The notes: generated from the sequence alone by a model not told the origin. A stretch of DNA of 64,000 nucleotides, filler included, from Stramenopiles sp. TOSAG23-3 (GCA_900128585.1; 6 parts of 6 records of this genome joined end to end with filler, not necessarily neighbours in it), one strand, 5' to 3'. Numbered from the whole stretch's first letter, positions 42,456-52,752 are shown. Numbers and translations are program-made.

Positions 42456-45113
42456 TTATCGTTTTCGCAATGACTTCTGCTGTCGCCCAATGTTTGATTG
42501 GAACTCGAACTCGTCGTCATTATAATTTGCTTCTAAATCTAGTGCATCTCCCGACTGATCCACAGTCTCATGAATGTGTTTTGGTTCTGGACTTTGGTCG
42601 TTGGGAATTTCTGCCAAACTCTCTTTCGAATTCATGTTTTCCCCGCCAAAACCAGACAGCAAGTTTGCAAATTCGTCATCGTCCATTGACCCAAAGTCCA
42701 CACTCTCGTCCCCAGTCTTGCTAGACATACCCAAACTTCGGCGATCAGGAGAGACGTTAAAATCTTCCGTGTAAGTTTCGCTAACCATGCTAGAGTCCAT
42801 GTTTTCCTCAGCCGCCGCCATTGATTTGTAAAAATTGGCCTCGGCACCTTCAACAGACTTGGTTCGAACCGGAGATGGGCCGCTTCTTTCCATTTTATTT
42901 TCCTCTAAATTGCTCAGCATTTGATCAAAATTCTCCGCGTCATAGCTTTCATCCCCAAAATCTTCCGAATACGCTTCACTAACAACAGACTTTGTCGGAG
43001 AAGCCATTGGAGACTCTCTAAAATGTTTTTGTTCTGATTTGGGGGATGCTTGTTCATTCGTTCGCTCTTGTTTAAGCTGCCTCTCTTGCTCTAGAACGCG
43101 CCTTTTCTCCGCTGCTGCTTGCTCCTCTGCCAAGCGAAGACGTTTTTGTGTTTCTACTCTACGCACTCTTTCTTCATTCTGACGTTTTTCCTGAATTTTC
43201 TGCAAGCGCACACGCTCTTTTTCTGCTGCCTCCTTTTGCTTTTTGGCCTCCTCTTCGGCTTTCAACCGTGCCGCTTCATCCCTTTTCTTTCGCATGTCGT
43301 TTACTTTTGCCTTCGCTTTTTTGGCACGGATCTGATTCTGAATTGCAGTGGCCGCCTTTGTATCTCTCTTCTCTCTGGCCTGTTTAACGGTCTTTCGGGC
43401 TTGCTTTGCGCGAATCTGTTTCTGAATCGCTGTGGCAGCTTGGGAGTCTCTCTTTTTTTCTTGGACTTTTTTCCTCGCGATTTTTCCTCGTGCCTGAGTT
43501 TGAATTCTTAGAGCCGCTTTTGTTAGCTCCTCTTCAGTCGCTTCCTGGGGCGCTGCGGCCTCCTCTTCATCGCTGTCTTCAAAGAAATCTTCGGAGTACG
43601 CTTCGCTCATCGGAGAATTCATCGGAGACACCCGCTTTGGGGAGCGTTTTGGGGAGCGCTTTGGGGAACGTTTCGGGGAGCGCTTTGGACTCTTCGCGTT
43701 TGATTTGTTGTCCTCTATGGCGACACTTCTTGCAGCTTCACTTGCTATGAGCGCTTTAGATCGCTGAATGTCTGGGTCATTCCGTATTTCATCTGATATA
43801 CCTTGGATGCGCTTCAAAGATTGTCCGGCTCTCTCGTTAGCAGCGTTGCTGGCGTCCACCTTGTTTCCCTTCATTGCCGCTAGTTTTTCACTTTTCGACT
43901 TTGACAACTGCGGCCTTGCGTTTTCTTTTCCTTTGTCCTCCTTCTTCTCAACATATCTCCCGTCAGCCGGCTTTCTAGGGCCTGGCTGTTTCCTTGCTGG
44001 GCGAGGTTTTGCTGCTCCCGAACTATTCCTCTGCCTCGCAGCTTTCAGCCGAGCTGCATGGGAGTTGTTCGCCTTTTGTCGTCGTCCTTTTGGACCCACG
44101 GCGGTCCTGCCGTCAGGCTTCCTGCCAGCATTTTTCTCTGCTCCCGCGCGCCCCGGCCCGTACTTAACGGGAGGGCGCTCCACACCCTTTGGGCGGGGCA
44201 AATTAAATAACTGCTCCTTTAATTTCTGCTCTCGTACTTTCTCTTCTCTACTTCGGGGAGAAAGGCCTGAATTGTTATTGACTTGGTCGATTCTCAAAAT
44301 TTTTGGCGACACGCCTTTGTTGGACGGCGAAAATTCTGAGTCTGAGTAGCTGGTTTCGTCTTCATCTTCCTTTAACGGCCAGTGCGACGTTCCTATTGCT
44401 TCCGGCCTTTCGCTAGGCTTCTTGTTTTCGTTTTCTAAATGGGACACAGCGCTATCCCCCGCGCTCTTCTCGCGCGGCACCCTTCCATCGCTTTGGTTCT
44501 GTGCTATACTATTTCGAAGTTGTTGGTTCATTTCTGAGGACGCGGGGGGGGAATCGTAGTCCATGTACTGCCCCCCCCGGTTCTCTCTCTTTCCTATTTC
44601 CTGGTACCGCCGCCCCTTTCTACCTTTTCGCCGTGGCTTTTGTTTTGTTGATATGGTGTCCTCTGTAATGTGCTGCCATTTCCCCGGATTTTGCAGCAGC
44701 TCTTCCCACTTCATTTGTATGCCCCCTACCCCTATGTCCATATTTGAGCGGTGGGACGCATGTTTCGCATTTACATTGTACACGCTATCGTTCCAGATGG
44801 GTTTTCTAGGCGACAATGGCGGCTTTTTTGCCACCTGTTTCATTCTACGCTTCCGTCTTCTTCTTTGCCGAAAGTGCACCGGTCTTCTAGGGTCTTGTGG
44901 CTTCGCTACGTGGTACACGCTTTTGCCCAAGGCAATTTTCGCGAGACGGTTCAAATTGCGCTCTTGCAAACGTTTCCTCTCCAAGTTGCGGTCTATAATA
45001 CGCCTTTGGTGTCTTCTATTGGCCGGGCTTCGCTTCGAAAGTTTTCTTCCACCGTAAAGCTGGTTATCAAGGTGCGGCCGCACGGCACACAAGCGCTTGT
45101 AATGATTCTTCAT
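42456..45113 (-). CDS. IQ-motif, SPKR-repeat low-complexity protein; N-terminus possibly CFAP97/KIAA1430-like; may be 5'-truncated
   Basis: Three IQ motifs (IQTQARGKIARK, IQKQIRAKQARK, IQNQIRAKKAK), (SPKR)5 at 43632-43691, and repeated SEAYSEDF. Confidence 0.8.
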   Translation of the reverse strand: MKNHYKRLCAVRPHLDNQLYGGRKLSKRSPANRRHQRRIIDRNLERKRLQERNLNRLAKIALGKSVYHVAKPQDPRRPVHFRQRRRRKRRMKQVAKKPPLSPRKPIWNDSVYNVNAKHASHRSNMDIGVGGIQMKWEELLQNPGKWQHITEDTISTKQKPRRKGRKGRRYQEIGKRENRGGQYMDYDSPPASSEMNQQLRNSIAQNQSDGRVPREKSAGDSAVSHLENENKKPSERPEAIGTSHWPLKEDEDETSYSDSEFSPSNKGVSPKILRIDQVNNNSGLSPRSREEKVREQKLKEQLFNLPRPKGVERPPVKYGPGRAGAEKNAGRKPDGRTAVGPKGRRQKANNSHAARLKAARQRNSSGAAKPRPARKQPGPRKPADGRYVEKKEDKGKENARPQLSKSKSEKLAAMKGNKVDASNAANERAGQSLKRIQGISDEIRNDPDIQRSKALIASEAARSVAIEDNKSNAKSPKRSPKRSPKRSPKRSPKRVSPMNSPMSEAYSEDFFEDSDEEEAAAPQEATEEELTKAALRIQTQARGKIARKKVQEKKRDSQAATAIQKQIRAKQARKTVKQAREKRDTKAATAIQNQIRAKKAKAKVNDMRKKRDEAARLKAEEEAKKQKEAAEKERVRLQKIQEKRQNEERVRRVETQKRLRLAEEQAAAEKRRVLEQERQLKQERTNEQASPKSEQKHFRESPMASPTKSVVSEAYSEDFGDESYDAENFDQMLSNLEENKMERSGPSPVRTKSVEGAEANFYKSMAAAEENMDSSMVSETYTEDFNVSPDRRSLGMSSKTGDESVDFGSMDDDEFANLLSGFGGENMNSKESLAEIPNDQSPEPKHIHETVDQSGDALDLEANYNDDEFEFQSNIGRQQKSLRKR

Positions 45114-45122
45114 AATATTTTC

Positions 45123-45222
45123 NNNNNNNNNNNNNNNNNNNNNNNNNNNNNNNNNNNNNNNNNNNNTTAATTAATTAANNNNNNNNNNNNNNNNNNNNNN
45201 NNNNNNNNNNNNNNNNNNNNNN
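45123..45222. other. Artificial contig-joining linker
   Basis: N44-TTAATTAATTAA-N44. Confidence 0.97.
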
Positions 45223-45676
45223 GCACCCACGAGCGGCTCCTCCCATTCTATTGACAATTAGGTAAATTATAGAAATAGGCCCCTGCCAAGCGTCCCGAAG
45301 GGTCAACACGAAAAAACCCTAATTTTAAACTGGTCTCAAAAAGCGGGCCATATTACAGTGGCATAATAGAATTCACGCTATAAGGCCAACCTTTTTTTTT
45401 TTTGTAAAACATTTTTACTTGATTTTGAACATCAACACAGCATAGGTTATTCTACTGTATGTAAATAGCTCAAAAAAAATATGAATCTTCTCTTTTTTCG
45501 AATTATTATTGCTATTCTATACTACAGTAATAATAGTCATAGTAGTTCAGTAGTTCAAGTACAATAATATTATAATACCAAGGAGGGGTCCTCGTATATA
45601 GCCGGTACCGTATGTATCATTAATAACAAAACATACTCGATACTATACCGGTAGTAGTATTACCAAAAGGTAGAGA

Positions 45677-48600
45677 ATGAATACGACGAGGAGAAGACAT
45701 TCTAGTCGTGTTGAGGTTAAATCTTCGAACAAAACTGTATCCTACTTTGCCAGTTACGATGTATACACGAAATATGGACCCACGCTTTACGTCATCACAA
45801 CGCTACAGGAATATAGTGTTGCAAATAGTCTCGCCACGCTCATTGTGGGCCTCCTTTCACACATTATGAGGAAGAGACCCTCCTTTGGAACAACTGCGGC
45901 AATCCTTGCAAATTCTGGTGGAGGTTTGCGAGAGAAACTGCGTATCCGCTGCCGAAAGCTTCACGTTCGGAAAAACCTTTCAGACAAAAAATGCAACCAT
46001 GCGCCGGTGTATGCTGCAGATTTGGAGATAATATTAACGCCTCAACGTCCCCTCTCTCCACCTTGGGTTTCCCCTGGTGGAAAGAATGGGACGGCCAGGA
46101 GGCAATGGACCACTTCCTTCACGTTCTCTGAGCTGTGCGACGCCGTTCGCCACACTCACAGGATTCGAAGGGGTTTGCACGTTGTTGGACACGTATTTCG
46201 AGACAATCTTCAAGACATTGTAGAAAATCAACTAGAAAACGTAGGAAATGAGCGTGCACATGCTAAGCGTCGCCTTCGCAGACTGACTGCGCCGCAGATG
46301 AACTGGGGCCTCCTACAAGGTTTACTTTTTCGAGTCGCAGGTATTGTTTTTGGGATCGTCCTGTTGACTTTCACGTACAGGCAGGCAGAGGAGAATTTAG
46401 ATGATGACAAAAAAGTGCTTGACATGATATGGAGACGAGGAATAAAAATTACAGGGTGGGAAAGCTGGATAGGAACGTTGTCGCACGTAGCACTTTACGG
46501 GACAATGTTGTATACCGGTGCAACGTGCATCTACATCAGCGTTGCCTTGATAAAGTTGAACACATGGAAGCCTCATAAGATGTTCTTGGAGTTGTGGGAA
46601 GAGGATGGAGAGTCGATGGAGAACGTGCAAGCCATGCTCAACGAACTGCTACGGGACCCAAACTTATTATCTTCCATGACAGTATGCGAATTTTTGAGCG
46701 TTAGCTCCAGTTTTGCGCAGTCGGGAATAACGATTTTGAAGGAAGGTCGCTGCCACGCAAAACTGTACGACCGGTGCACGTACGCCCAAGATCCTGCCCG
46801 AAAAAGCTGTACTTGCATGTGCCTCACGTTAGGGCTTGACTTTTCTTTCCTACGGTGCAGCAAGGGGGCAAAATGCTGCTCATTGAACAATGGTCACAAA
46901 CGATGGGCAGTCGTAACTCCCCAAGGCGTGGCGCTGTTTCATTCCCCCGTAGAGCCAAGCAGCACAGACTTCTTGACGTTTGACAGTACTTCCAATGTGT
47001 GGATAAGCGATCTTGACCGATCAACACAGCGAAAGACTGTCGTGTTCTACGGCTCCAATGGCGTCCTCAGCCTCTCCTTCCGGAACATGCACGAGGCGAG
47101 GGAATGGGTTCAAACCATTAGTGTTGCAATGCTGCAATCTGACAACACGAAAACGAACGATTACGGAAGCTTTGCAGGCGTGAGGCACCCACCATCGTCT
47201 TTCTTTGCCGCGGGGACCGGGTCCCCCGCCCGCCGCAAACCGAATTGCCAATGGCTTGTGGATGGGGAAGCGACGTTCAGTTCCATTTACCACGCCATCT
47301 TGCAGGCAAAAAAGGAAATATTTATATGCGGTTGGTGGCTCCAGTTGGATATACCTCTGGACCGCTCTGTAGAAAATTGGACAGAAACCACGCTTGGATT
47401 TCTGCTGAACCAGAAAGCGCACGAAGCGGGTAGAAATATACAGATATATGTTCTTCTATACAAAGACATCCCAGCTGCCACTCGCGAGACCATGTCCCAC
47501 AAAACATGTCAACGACTGAAAACAATGGGCCCAAACGTTCACGTGCTGCGTCACCGCAGTCGCTTTTCTATGAATTTGTTATGGTCACACCACGAAAAGG
47601 TCGTGTGCGTGGACCAACAACTTGCTTTTCTAGGAGGGCTCGATATTTGTCCTGGGCGGTTTGATAGCGAACACAAGTGCCTTTTCGAACGTGGTTCGGA
47701 AAAACTATTTTTTCCTGGCCTGGACTACCGCAACCCCATGCTTTTTACCCCTGAACATTTAAATCTTCACCGAGGAGTTTCGCCAAGGGTTCCGTGGGCC
47801 GATATTCACATGAAAGTTTGCGGTCAGCCGGCTGGTGACATTGCAAGGCATTTTGTTGAACGATGGAATTATGCTCGAATGGTCAAGGGCGACTTTAAAG
47901 GGACGCCCGCTGCGCTTTGCCGAGATAAAAACTGGGACGGCGGTGATATGAGCGAGACCATTGGCTTTGGCACCGCGCCTTTGAAATCCAACGGACAAAC
48001 GGGCATCCCATGCGTATGCCGGGTCCAAATAGTACGATCAATATCGCGATGGTCGGGTGGCTGCAACTTGGAAGCAAGTATTCACGAAGCGTATTGTAAC
48101 GCCATTCAAGGTTCCTCGCATTTCATATACATCGAAAACCAATTTTTTTGCACGGGTTGCAAAAACGACGAGGAAATAGGCAATCGGATTGGGGAAGCGC
48201 TCCGGAATCGGATTGTCCGGGCTCACAAAAACAAGGAAAAATTTCGTGTAATGGTCGTGCTCCCTCTTTTTCCGGAAGTAAATGGTCATTGCAGTAAATC
48301 AAACACGGGACTTCGCTCGATATTGCATTGGCAGCTTTCATCGATCAACTTAGGTAAGCGATCTTTGCTACAAAAGTTAAAGCACGATGACGGGGTAGAG
48401 AGGCCAGAAGACTACATTCGTTTCTTTTCGCAGCGAGTTTTTGACACACGGCCAAGCGACGGCAAACCGTTCACTTCCTTGGTGTACATACACACAAAAA
48501 CGATGATCGTGGACGACAGGATTGCAATTATCGGCTCGGCAAACATTAACGATCGTTCAATGCTAGGGATCCGGGATTCAGAACTTGCAGCTGTTGTGAC

Positions 48601-49078
48601 AGACAACGACGGGCCTGAAATCGTTTTAGGAGGAGATCATAAATGGAGGACGGGAAAATTTGCACACTCGCTAAGAATGAAATTGTTTGAGAGGATGCTG
48701 TCGAGAAGCAATGAGTCTATCGCTACATTGGACCTCGCAAGCTCCGAGGGGTGGAATGCTTTGTTTGAACACGCTGGAAAAAATACAGAAATTTATGAAA
48801 ACGTTTTTCCACTTGGAACGCTGATGCCGTCCAACAAGCTAAAAACATGGGAAGACTGCAGGCAAGCACAGGAAGAGAAGGCCATTAGGCTTACGAAGGA
48901 AGAGAAGGAGGAAGCACAATTGCCGGCAAGGTACAAGGGCATGCTAGAACGTTTGCGAAAAATACAAGGGACTCTGGTTGTTTATCCAATAAACTTCTTG
49001 GTCGACGAGGCGAACTCGATCGAGCCGTATTACGAGGACGCTGCTTCATTTGTTGCACCTTCGGATTTGTTCAACTAA
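45677..49078 (+). CDS. PLD: Phospholipase D, PX-PH type with TM helices inside the PX region (PXTM-PLD-like); true start may be 45866
   Basis: Two HKD motifs (WSHHEKVVCVD, YIHTKTMIVDD.IAIIGSANINDRS), RVPWADIH, HFIYIENQFF, PX end CEFLSVS and PH-like RWAVV. Confidence 0.95.
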   Translation: MNTTRRRHSSRVEVKSSNKTVSYFASYDVYTKYGPTLYVITTLQEYSVANSLATLIVGLLSHIMRKRPSFGTTAAILANSGGGLREKLRIRCRKLHVRKNLSDKKCNHAPVYAADLEIILTPQRPLSPPWVSPGGKNGTARRQWTTSFTFSELCDAVRHTHRIRRGLHVVGHVFRDNLQDIVENQLENVGNERAHAKRRLRRLTAPQMNWGLLQGLLFRVAGIVFGIVLLTFTYRQAEENLDDDKKVLDMIWRRGIKITGWESWIGTLSHVALYGTMLYTGATCIYISVALIKLNTWKPHKMFLELWEEDGESMENVQAMLNELLRDPNLLSSMTVCEFLSVSSSFAQSGITILKEGRCHAKLYDRCTYAQDPARKSCTCMCLTLGLDFSFLRCSKGAKCCSLNNGHKRWAVVTPQGVALFHSPVEPSSTDFLTFDSTSNVWISDLDRSTQRKTVVFYGSNGVLSLSFRNMHEAREWVQTISVAMLQSDNTKTNDYGSFAGVRHPPSSFFAAGTGSPARRKPNCQWLVDGEATFSSIYHAILQAKKEIFICGWWLQLDIPLDRSVENWTETTLGFLLNQKAHEAGRNIQIYVLLYKDIPAATRETMSHKTCQRLKTMGPNVHVLRHRSRFSMNLLWSHHEKVVCVDQQLAFLGGLDICPGRFDSEHKCLFERGSEKLFFPGLDYRNPMLFTPEHLNLHRGVSPRVPWADIHMKVCGQPAGDIARHFVERWNYARMVKGDFKGTPAALCRDKNWDGGDMSETIGFGTAPLKSNGQTGIPCVCRVQIVRSISRWSGGCNLEASIHEAYCNAIQGSSHFIYIENQFFCTGCKNDEEIGNRIGEALRNRIVRAHKNKEKFRVMVVLPLFPEVNGHCSKSNTGLRSILHWQLSSINLGKRSLLQKLKHDDGVERPEDYIRFFSQRVFDTRPSDGKPFTSLVYIHTKTMIVDDRIAIIGSANINDRSMLGIRDSELAAVVTDNDGPEIVLGGDHKWRTGKFAHSLRMKLFERMLSRSNESIATLDLASSEGWNALFEHAGKNTEIYENVFPLGTLMPSNKLKTWEDCRQAQEEKAIRLTKEEKEEAQLPARYKGMLERLRKIQGTLVVYPINFLVDEANSIEPYYEDAASFVAPSDLFN

Positions 49079-49081
49079 AAT

Positions 49082-49564
49082 ATGACTGGCAAGTCTTGCA
49101 AATATTTTCTGCTATTCGATTACCTGATGGTAATCGGGATAACGGTGAAGACCGCTGATAATAGGGGAGATGCGTTTCAAGGAGCGCTCTTTGGTGACGG
49201 TTACCTTGCGTCAACTTATTTGGGTTTGTTGAGTGCCGGCAGAGATAAATACCTACCCTATCACTGGCTTCTCAAAACCCTGGAAGGGTTCGTGCTGATT
49301 CCGTTCATCGTGGTGAAATTGACCCAAGCGCACACCTACTCGTTTCTGCTCTTCAGCATCGTCGGGATTGTCTCCTTCGTGCTTCAATGCGTTCCGCTGT
49401 TTTACGTCTTGAAATGGGGGAGCAATGCAACGAAAGACGGTAAATACGATTTTGAAAAATGCCCCCATGAAGAATCTCAAAGTTCCTCTTCAGCCATAAG
49501 GACCATTAATAGGACCCTGATATGTACTTATATAATTTGTTTTTTTTTGTATGTACTTATATGA
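49082..49564 (+). CDS. Small multi-pass membrane protein of unknown function
   Basis: 160-codon ATG-initiated ORF of coding-like GC with about 4 hydrophobic segments. It begins 3 nt after the PLD stop. Confidence 0.45.
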   Translation: MTGKSCKYFLLFDYLMVIGITVKTADNRGDAFQGALFGDGYLASTYLGLLSAGRDKYLPYHWLLKTLEGFVLIPFIVVKLTQAHTYSFLLFSIVGIVSFVLQCVPLFYVLKWGSNATKDGKYDFEKCPHEESQSSSSAIRTINRTLICTYIICFFLYVLI

Positions 49565-49725
49565 ACTCGGGGTATTGTTCAGGATTTTAAAATATTAGTG
49601 GATGAAGTGAAGGATGAACACAGTCCGATCGGAGAAATATTAAGTACTCTACACGGAAAATTCCGAAATTTACGAAAATACTCTGAATTAATACAAAACC
49701 TACGAACCCTACTTGTCATTTGAGA

Positions 49726-51087
49726 TTAGAGGCCTTTTCTGGCCCGTTTCTTTTTTTTTACAGTAAATGTGTGCATCGGGTTCCCGTGCCCATCAACTAG
49801 CTGTGTCGTCAGCTCAAGCAAATCGTCGGAAAAAGTATGAACAGTAAACCCTGCAGAAACTTTGTGCCAAATGCTTGAGAAGGAATGTTGTTCATTTTTT
49901 GCTTTCGCAGTCGCCTTCTTGAAAAGCTGCTTCTGTTGCTTTGCATTTTCGTCCACGTTTACCATGCAGCCCCCTCCCGTCGTTACAAACGATGGATTTC
50001 CATCCACAGAGTATTGGGCCATGGCGTGAGTGTGCCCATTCAAGTACAAATCAATATCAGCACTCTGCAACAAAGACGTTAGATCCATAACGTCAATTTC
50101 GTCAGCCGGATGGTGTCCCACAGCAATTACCCAATCGTCTTTCGGTATGGTTGGGATCAGGGTGTTCAACCATATGTATTGTAACGTACAGTTTTCTTTT
50201 ATTATGTTTTCATGAAATTTACAGTCGCTTGGGCTTGGGAAGTCCGAACCACAGGGGTCCCACTTAGTGGGATCATTGTTACGGTAATCAGTTATGCAAG
50301 GACTAGTGTCTAACATGATGAGGGTTGCATACCCGGAAGTGTTTCCAAGTTGAATACGCTTTGAATAATACCTTGATGGAAGGACCCACCTATCCTTGTT
50401 CCGACTTTTATAACGCACTTGGGCTTCGGGGCTGAACCCATAATCATGGTTTCCTAAAACACTATACCACTTCACCATGAGGGAGGGCTGTGCGTAAACA
50501 GACTCAAACGCGTTTTCCCACAATGGGTCTTCAGTTGACTTTACTCCGTAATAGTAAAAGTTGTCTCCTGTGTTTAAAATAAACTGTGCATTTACCGTTT
50601 TGGAAACCCTTGCGAACGATTTGGCAACGGTCATTTCGGTCTTTTTTGGAGATGTTATTTGGGGGTTTCGCCTGTCTCGTTCAACCCACCCACGCCAATA
50701 CGCATTGTAATCATATAGAGTTGCAGATGCTGACTCAATCCCAGCGCCACCCCAATCGCCTATTGACACAAACGAAACAGGTCCAGCGGCAGCTGCTGTC
50801 GATAGGAAACTGGCAAAAGTCAGGAGCCCGGCCATTACAGAGACTACTTTTATTGCTACACGCCGTTGAGTACGAATCGGTCTTATAGAAGGTTTAGGAG
50901 CTTTCTTGAGCGAAATCTCAACAATTCGTAAAATGTTTTCGATATTTTCCATTTTTCTTTTTACAGATGGATCGCATATCGGAACAACTTGGGGTTCATG
51001 CTTCAAAGCATCTGAATGTTCCAAATCTTTCACTAGGTCCTCGGCGGTCTTCAAGGCTTTCGCGGCGTGTTGTATGGTCAGACTCAT
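49726..51087 (-). CDS. Purple acid phosphatase, small ACP5/TRAP type
   Basis: All five metal-ligand motifs: GDWG, GDNFY, GNHD, VGHH and GHTH. Internal signal anchor. Likely ATG at 51087. Confidence 0.93.
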   Translation of the reverse strand: MSLTIQHAAKALKTAEDLVKDLEHSDALKHEPQVVPICDPSVKRKMENIENILRIVEISLKKAPKPSIRPIRTQRRVAIKVVSVMAGLLTFASFLSTAAAAGPVSFVSIGDWGGAGIESASATLYDYNAYWRGWVERDRRNPQITSPKKTEMTVAKSFARVSKTVNAQFILNTGDNFYYYGVKSTEDPLWENAFESVYAQPSLMVKWYSVLGNHDYGFSPEAQVRYKSRNKDRWVLPSRYYSKRIQLGNTSGYATLIMLDTSPCITDYRNNDPTKWDPCGSDFPSPSDCKFHENIIKENCTLQYIWLNTLIPTIPKDDWVIAVGHHPADEIDVMDLTSLLQSADIDLYLNGHTHAMAQYSVDGNPSFVTTGGGCMVNVDENAKQQKQLFKKATAKAKNEQHSFSSIWHKVSAGFTVHTFSDDLLELTTQLVDGHGNPMHTFTVKKKKRARKGL

Positions 51088-52323
51088 TTTGGGCAATTGT
51101 AAATAATATAGTAAGAATAGTTTATTCTTCGAAACACCGCAAAGGTTTGGCCGTAGTAAGGTGTTTCTGCACGTAAACACAACAAATATTTACCAAGCCA
51201 TTTGCAAATGGTTCCCGAAACAGTATATGCACCGTTCGTATTGTGTGCCACCGGGAGGAGGGATAAGAGGAGGATAAAGTAATGATACCCGTTGGTGTTT
51301 TACTTTTATTGTAGTAGAACTACTATTATGATGACTGTTATTCGACTAATAAAAATTCGAAAAAAAAAGAGAAGATTCATTTTTTTATTACATGATATTT
51401 GCCTATAAAATATAGAGAAATATAAACATTTATTTGCGAATTTGGAGGAATTGAATTCCATTGTGTTGTGTGATGATTTATTACAATTGTCGTCGTCGTC
51501 TGTCCTCTCAAGTTTCATTCTCATTCCTCATCCCTCTTGAGGATGGCTAAATATATATATCTCTCTTCCAGAAGAAATATAGAATATACAAAAAAAGTAT
51601 TCTATATAGAAATACCATCAAAAAAAGAAAATGAATCTACAGAAAATAACGAGAAGAAGAAAATAGAGAATAAAATATAATACATAATTCATACTAGTCT
51701 ATAGAAATACCATCAAAAAAAGAAAATGAATCTACTACCTGTAAATAAAAACAAACCCAACCAACAACATTCTTTTCTTCTTCTTCTTCATACAGGATAC
51801 AGCATAGTCTAATATCATTTTTTTAATTTTTTTTTTGGCACTATTTTTTTGGGTATATATTTTAATAAGGCAAAAGCAACAAGAGCACAAGGGGGAGGTT
51901 AGTCATCCAGTAATTGTTTTTCCTATTATTTTTTAACAATTTATATATATATTTTCAATGCTATGTATATATATTATAATAATTAATAGTTAATAATTAT
52001 CTCTCACTCTGTTGTTGTTGGCCTTCCACCACCCGATGGATGATGATGCAGCAGGAGGAGGTAGAAATAATTGCATATTCGGATGCATATAAACAAACAC
52101 AGAAAGTATTGAACGAGTTAGACACAAAAGTGTACATTAGAATTAGTTTACATTTCCATCGTACAAAAGAGTAAAGGAAACAAATTCTTTAATAAAGAAA
52201 GAACATTCGACAGCAGAAACATTAAACTCTGAACGTTTCAAAGGTTATCTCGAAACGACACGGACCAGAAGAACAAACGCCTGCCTTGATCCCCGGTTGA
52301 CAACTACCTTCAACTAGGACAAA

Positions 52324-52752
52324 ATGTTGTTGGTGCAGCCCCAGTACTACCCCAAGTCGACGATTGCTGATCTGGGCATCAACAGAAGCGTCACCGTGAA
52401 ACGGGAACTCAACGTACTAGCAAGTGGCAAAAAACCACGCCTTCCCCCCACACAATATGTTTCGACCGGAGTGTCACTCCCCGTTCGTAACACCAAGTCC
52501 CCCCCCCGCAGCCTGGAACGTTCGCCTCGATCGGCCCCGAGCTTGCCCATTCGTATACCCAGTCCTCCTGTCTTCCCGCCAGTAGAATCCAAGCTAGTAT
52601 GGTTCTCGAAGCTTTCCATAAAGCGAAAGAAGAAACTTGCTAAATTGCGAACGCAGTACAAAACCAAACGGCTGGACGACGAGCGCAAAGATATTGAACC
52701 GCCAAGCACCCCTCCAGACGACGACGTTATGTTGTTCGACTTGGAATTGTAA
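52324..52752 (+). CDS. Small Ser/Pro-rich disordered protein
   Basis: ATG in aaaATG context; a GC-elevated island inside AT-rich DNA; SP-rich; ends DDDVMLFDLEL. Confidence 0.65.
   Translation: MLLVQPQYYPKSTIADLGINRSVTVKRELNVLASGKKPRLPPTQYVSTGVSLPVRNTKSPPRSLERSPRSAPSLPIRIPSPPVFPPVESKLVWFSKLSIKRKKKLAKLRTQYKTKRLDDERKDIEPPSTPPDDDVMLFDLEL

Noticed and set aside
49076-49081. Possible stop-codon reassignment (in-frame TAA after PLD, TAG in ESS2)
   Set aside because: TAA, TAG and TGA all end well-conserved genes at expected C-termini, and none interrupts a conserved domain.
51605-51735. 36-bp direct repeat (also a 21-bp repeat at 53346/53392)
   Set aside because: Local slippage duplications in AT-rich spacer, with no TIR, TSD or further copies seen.
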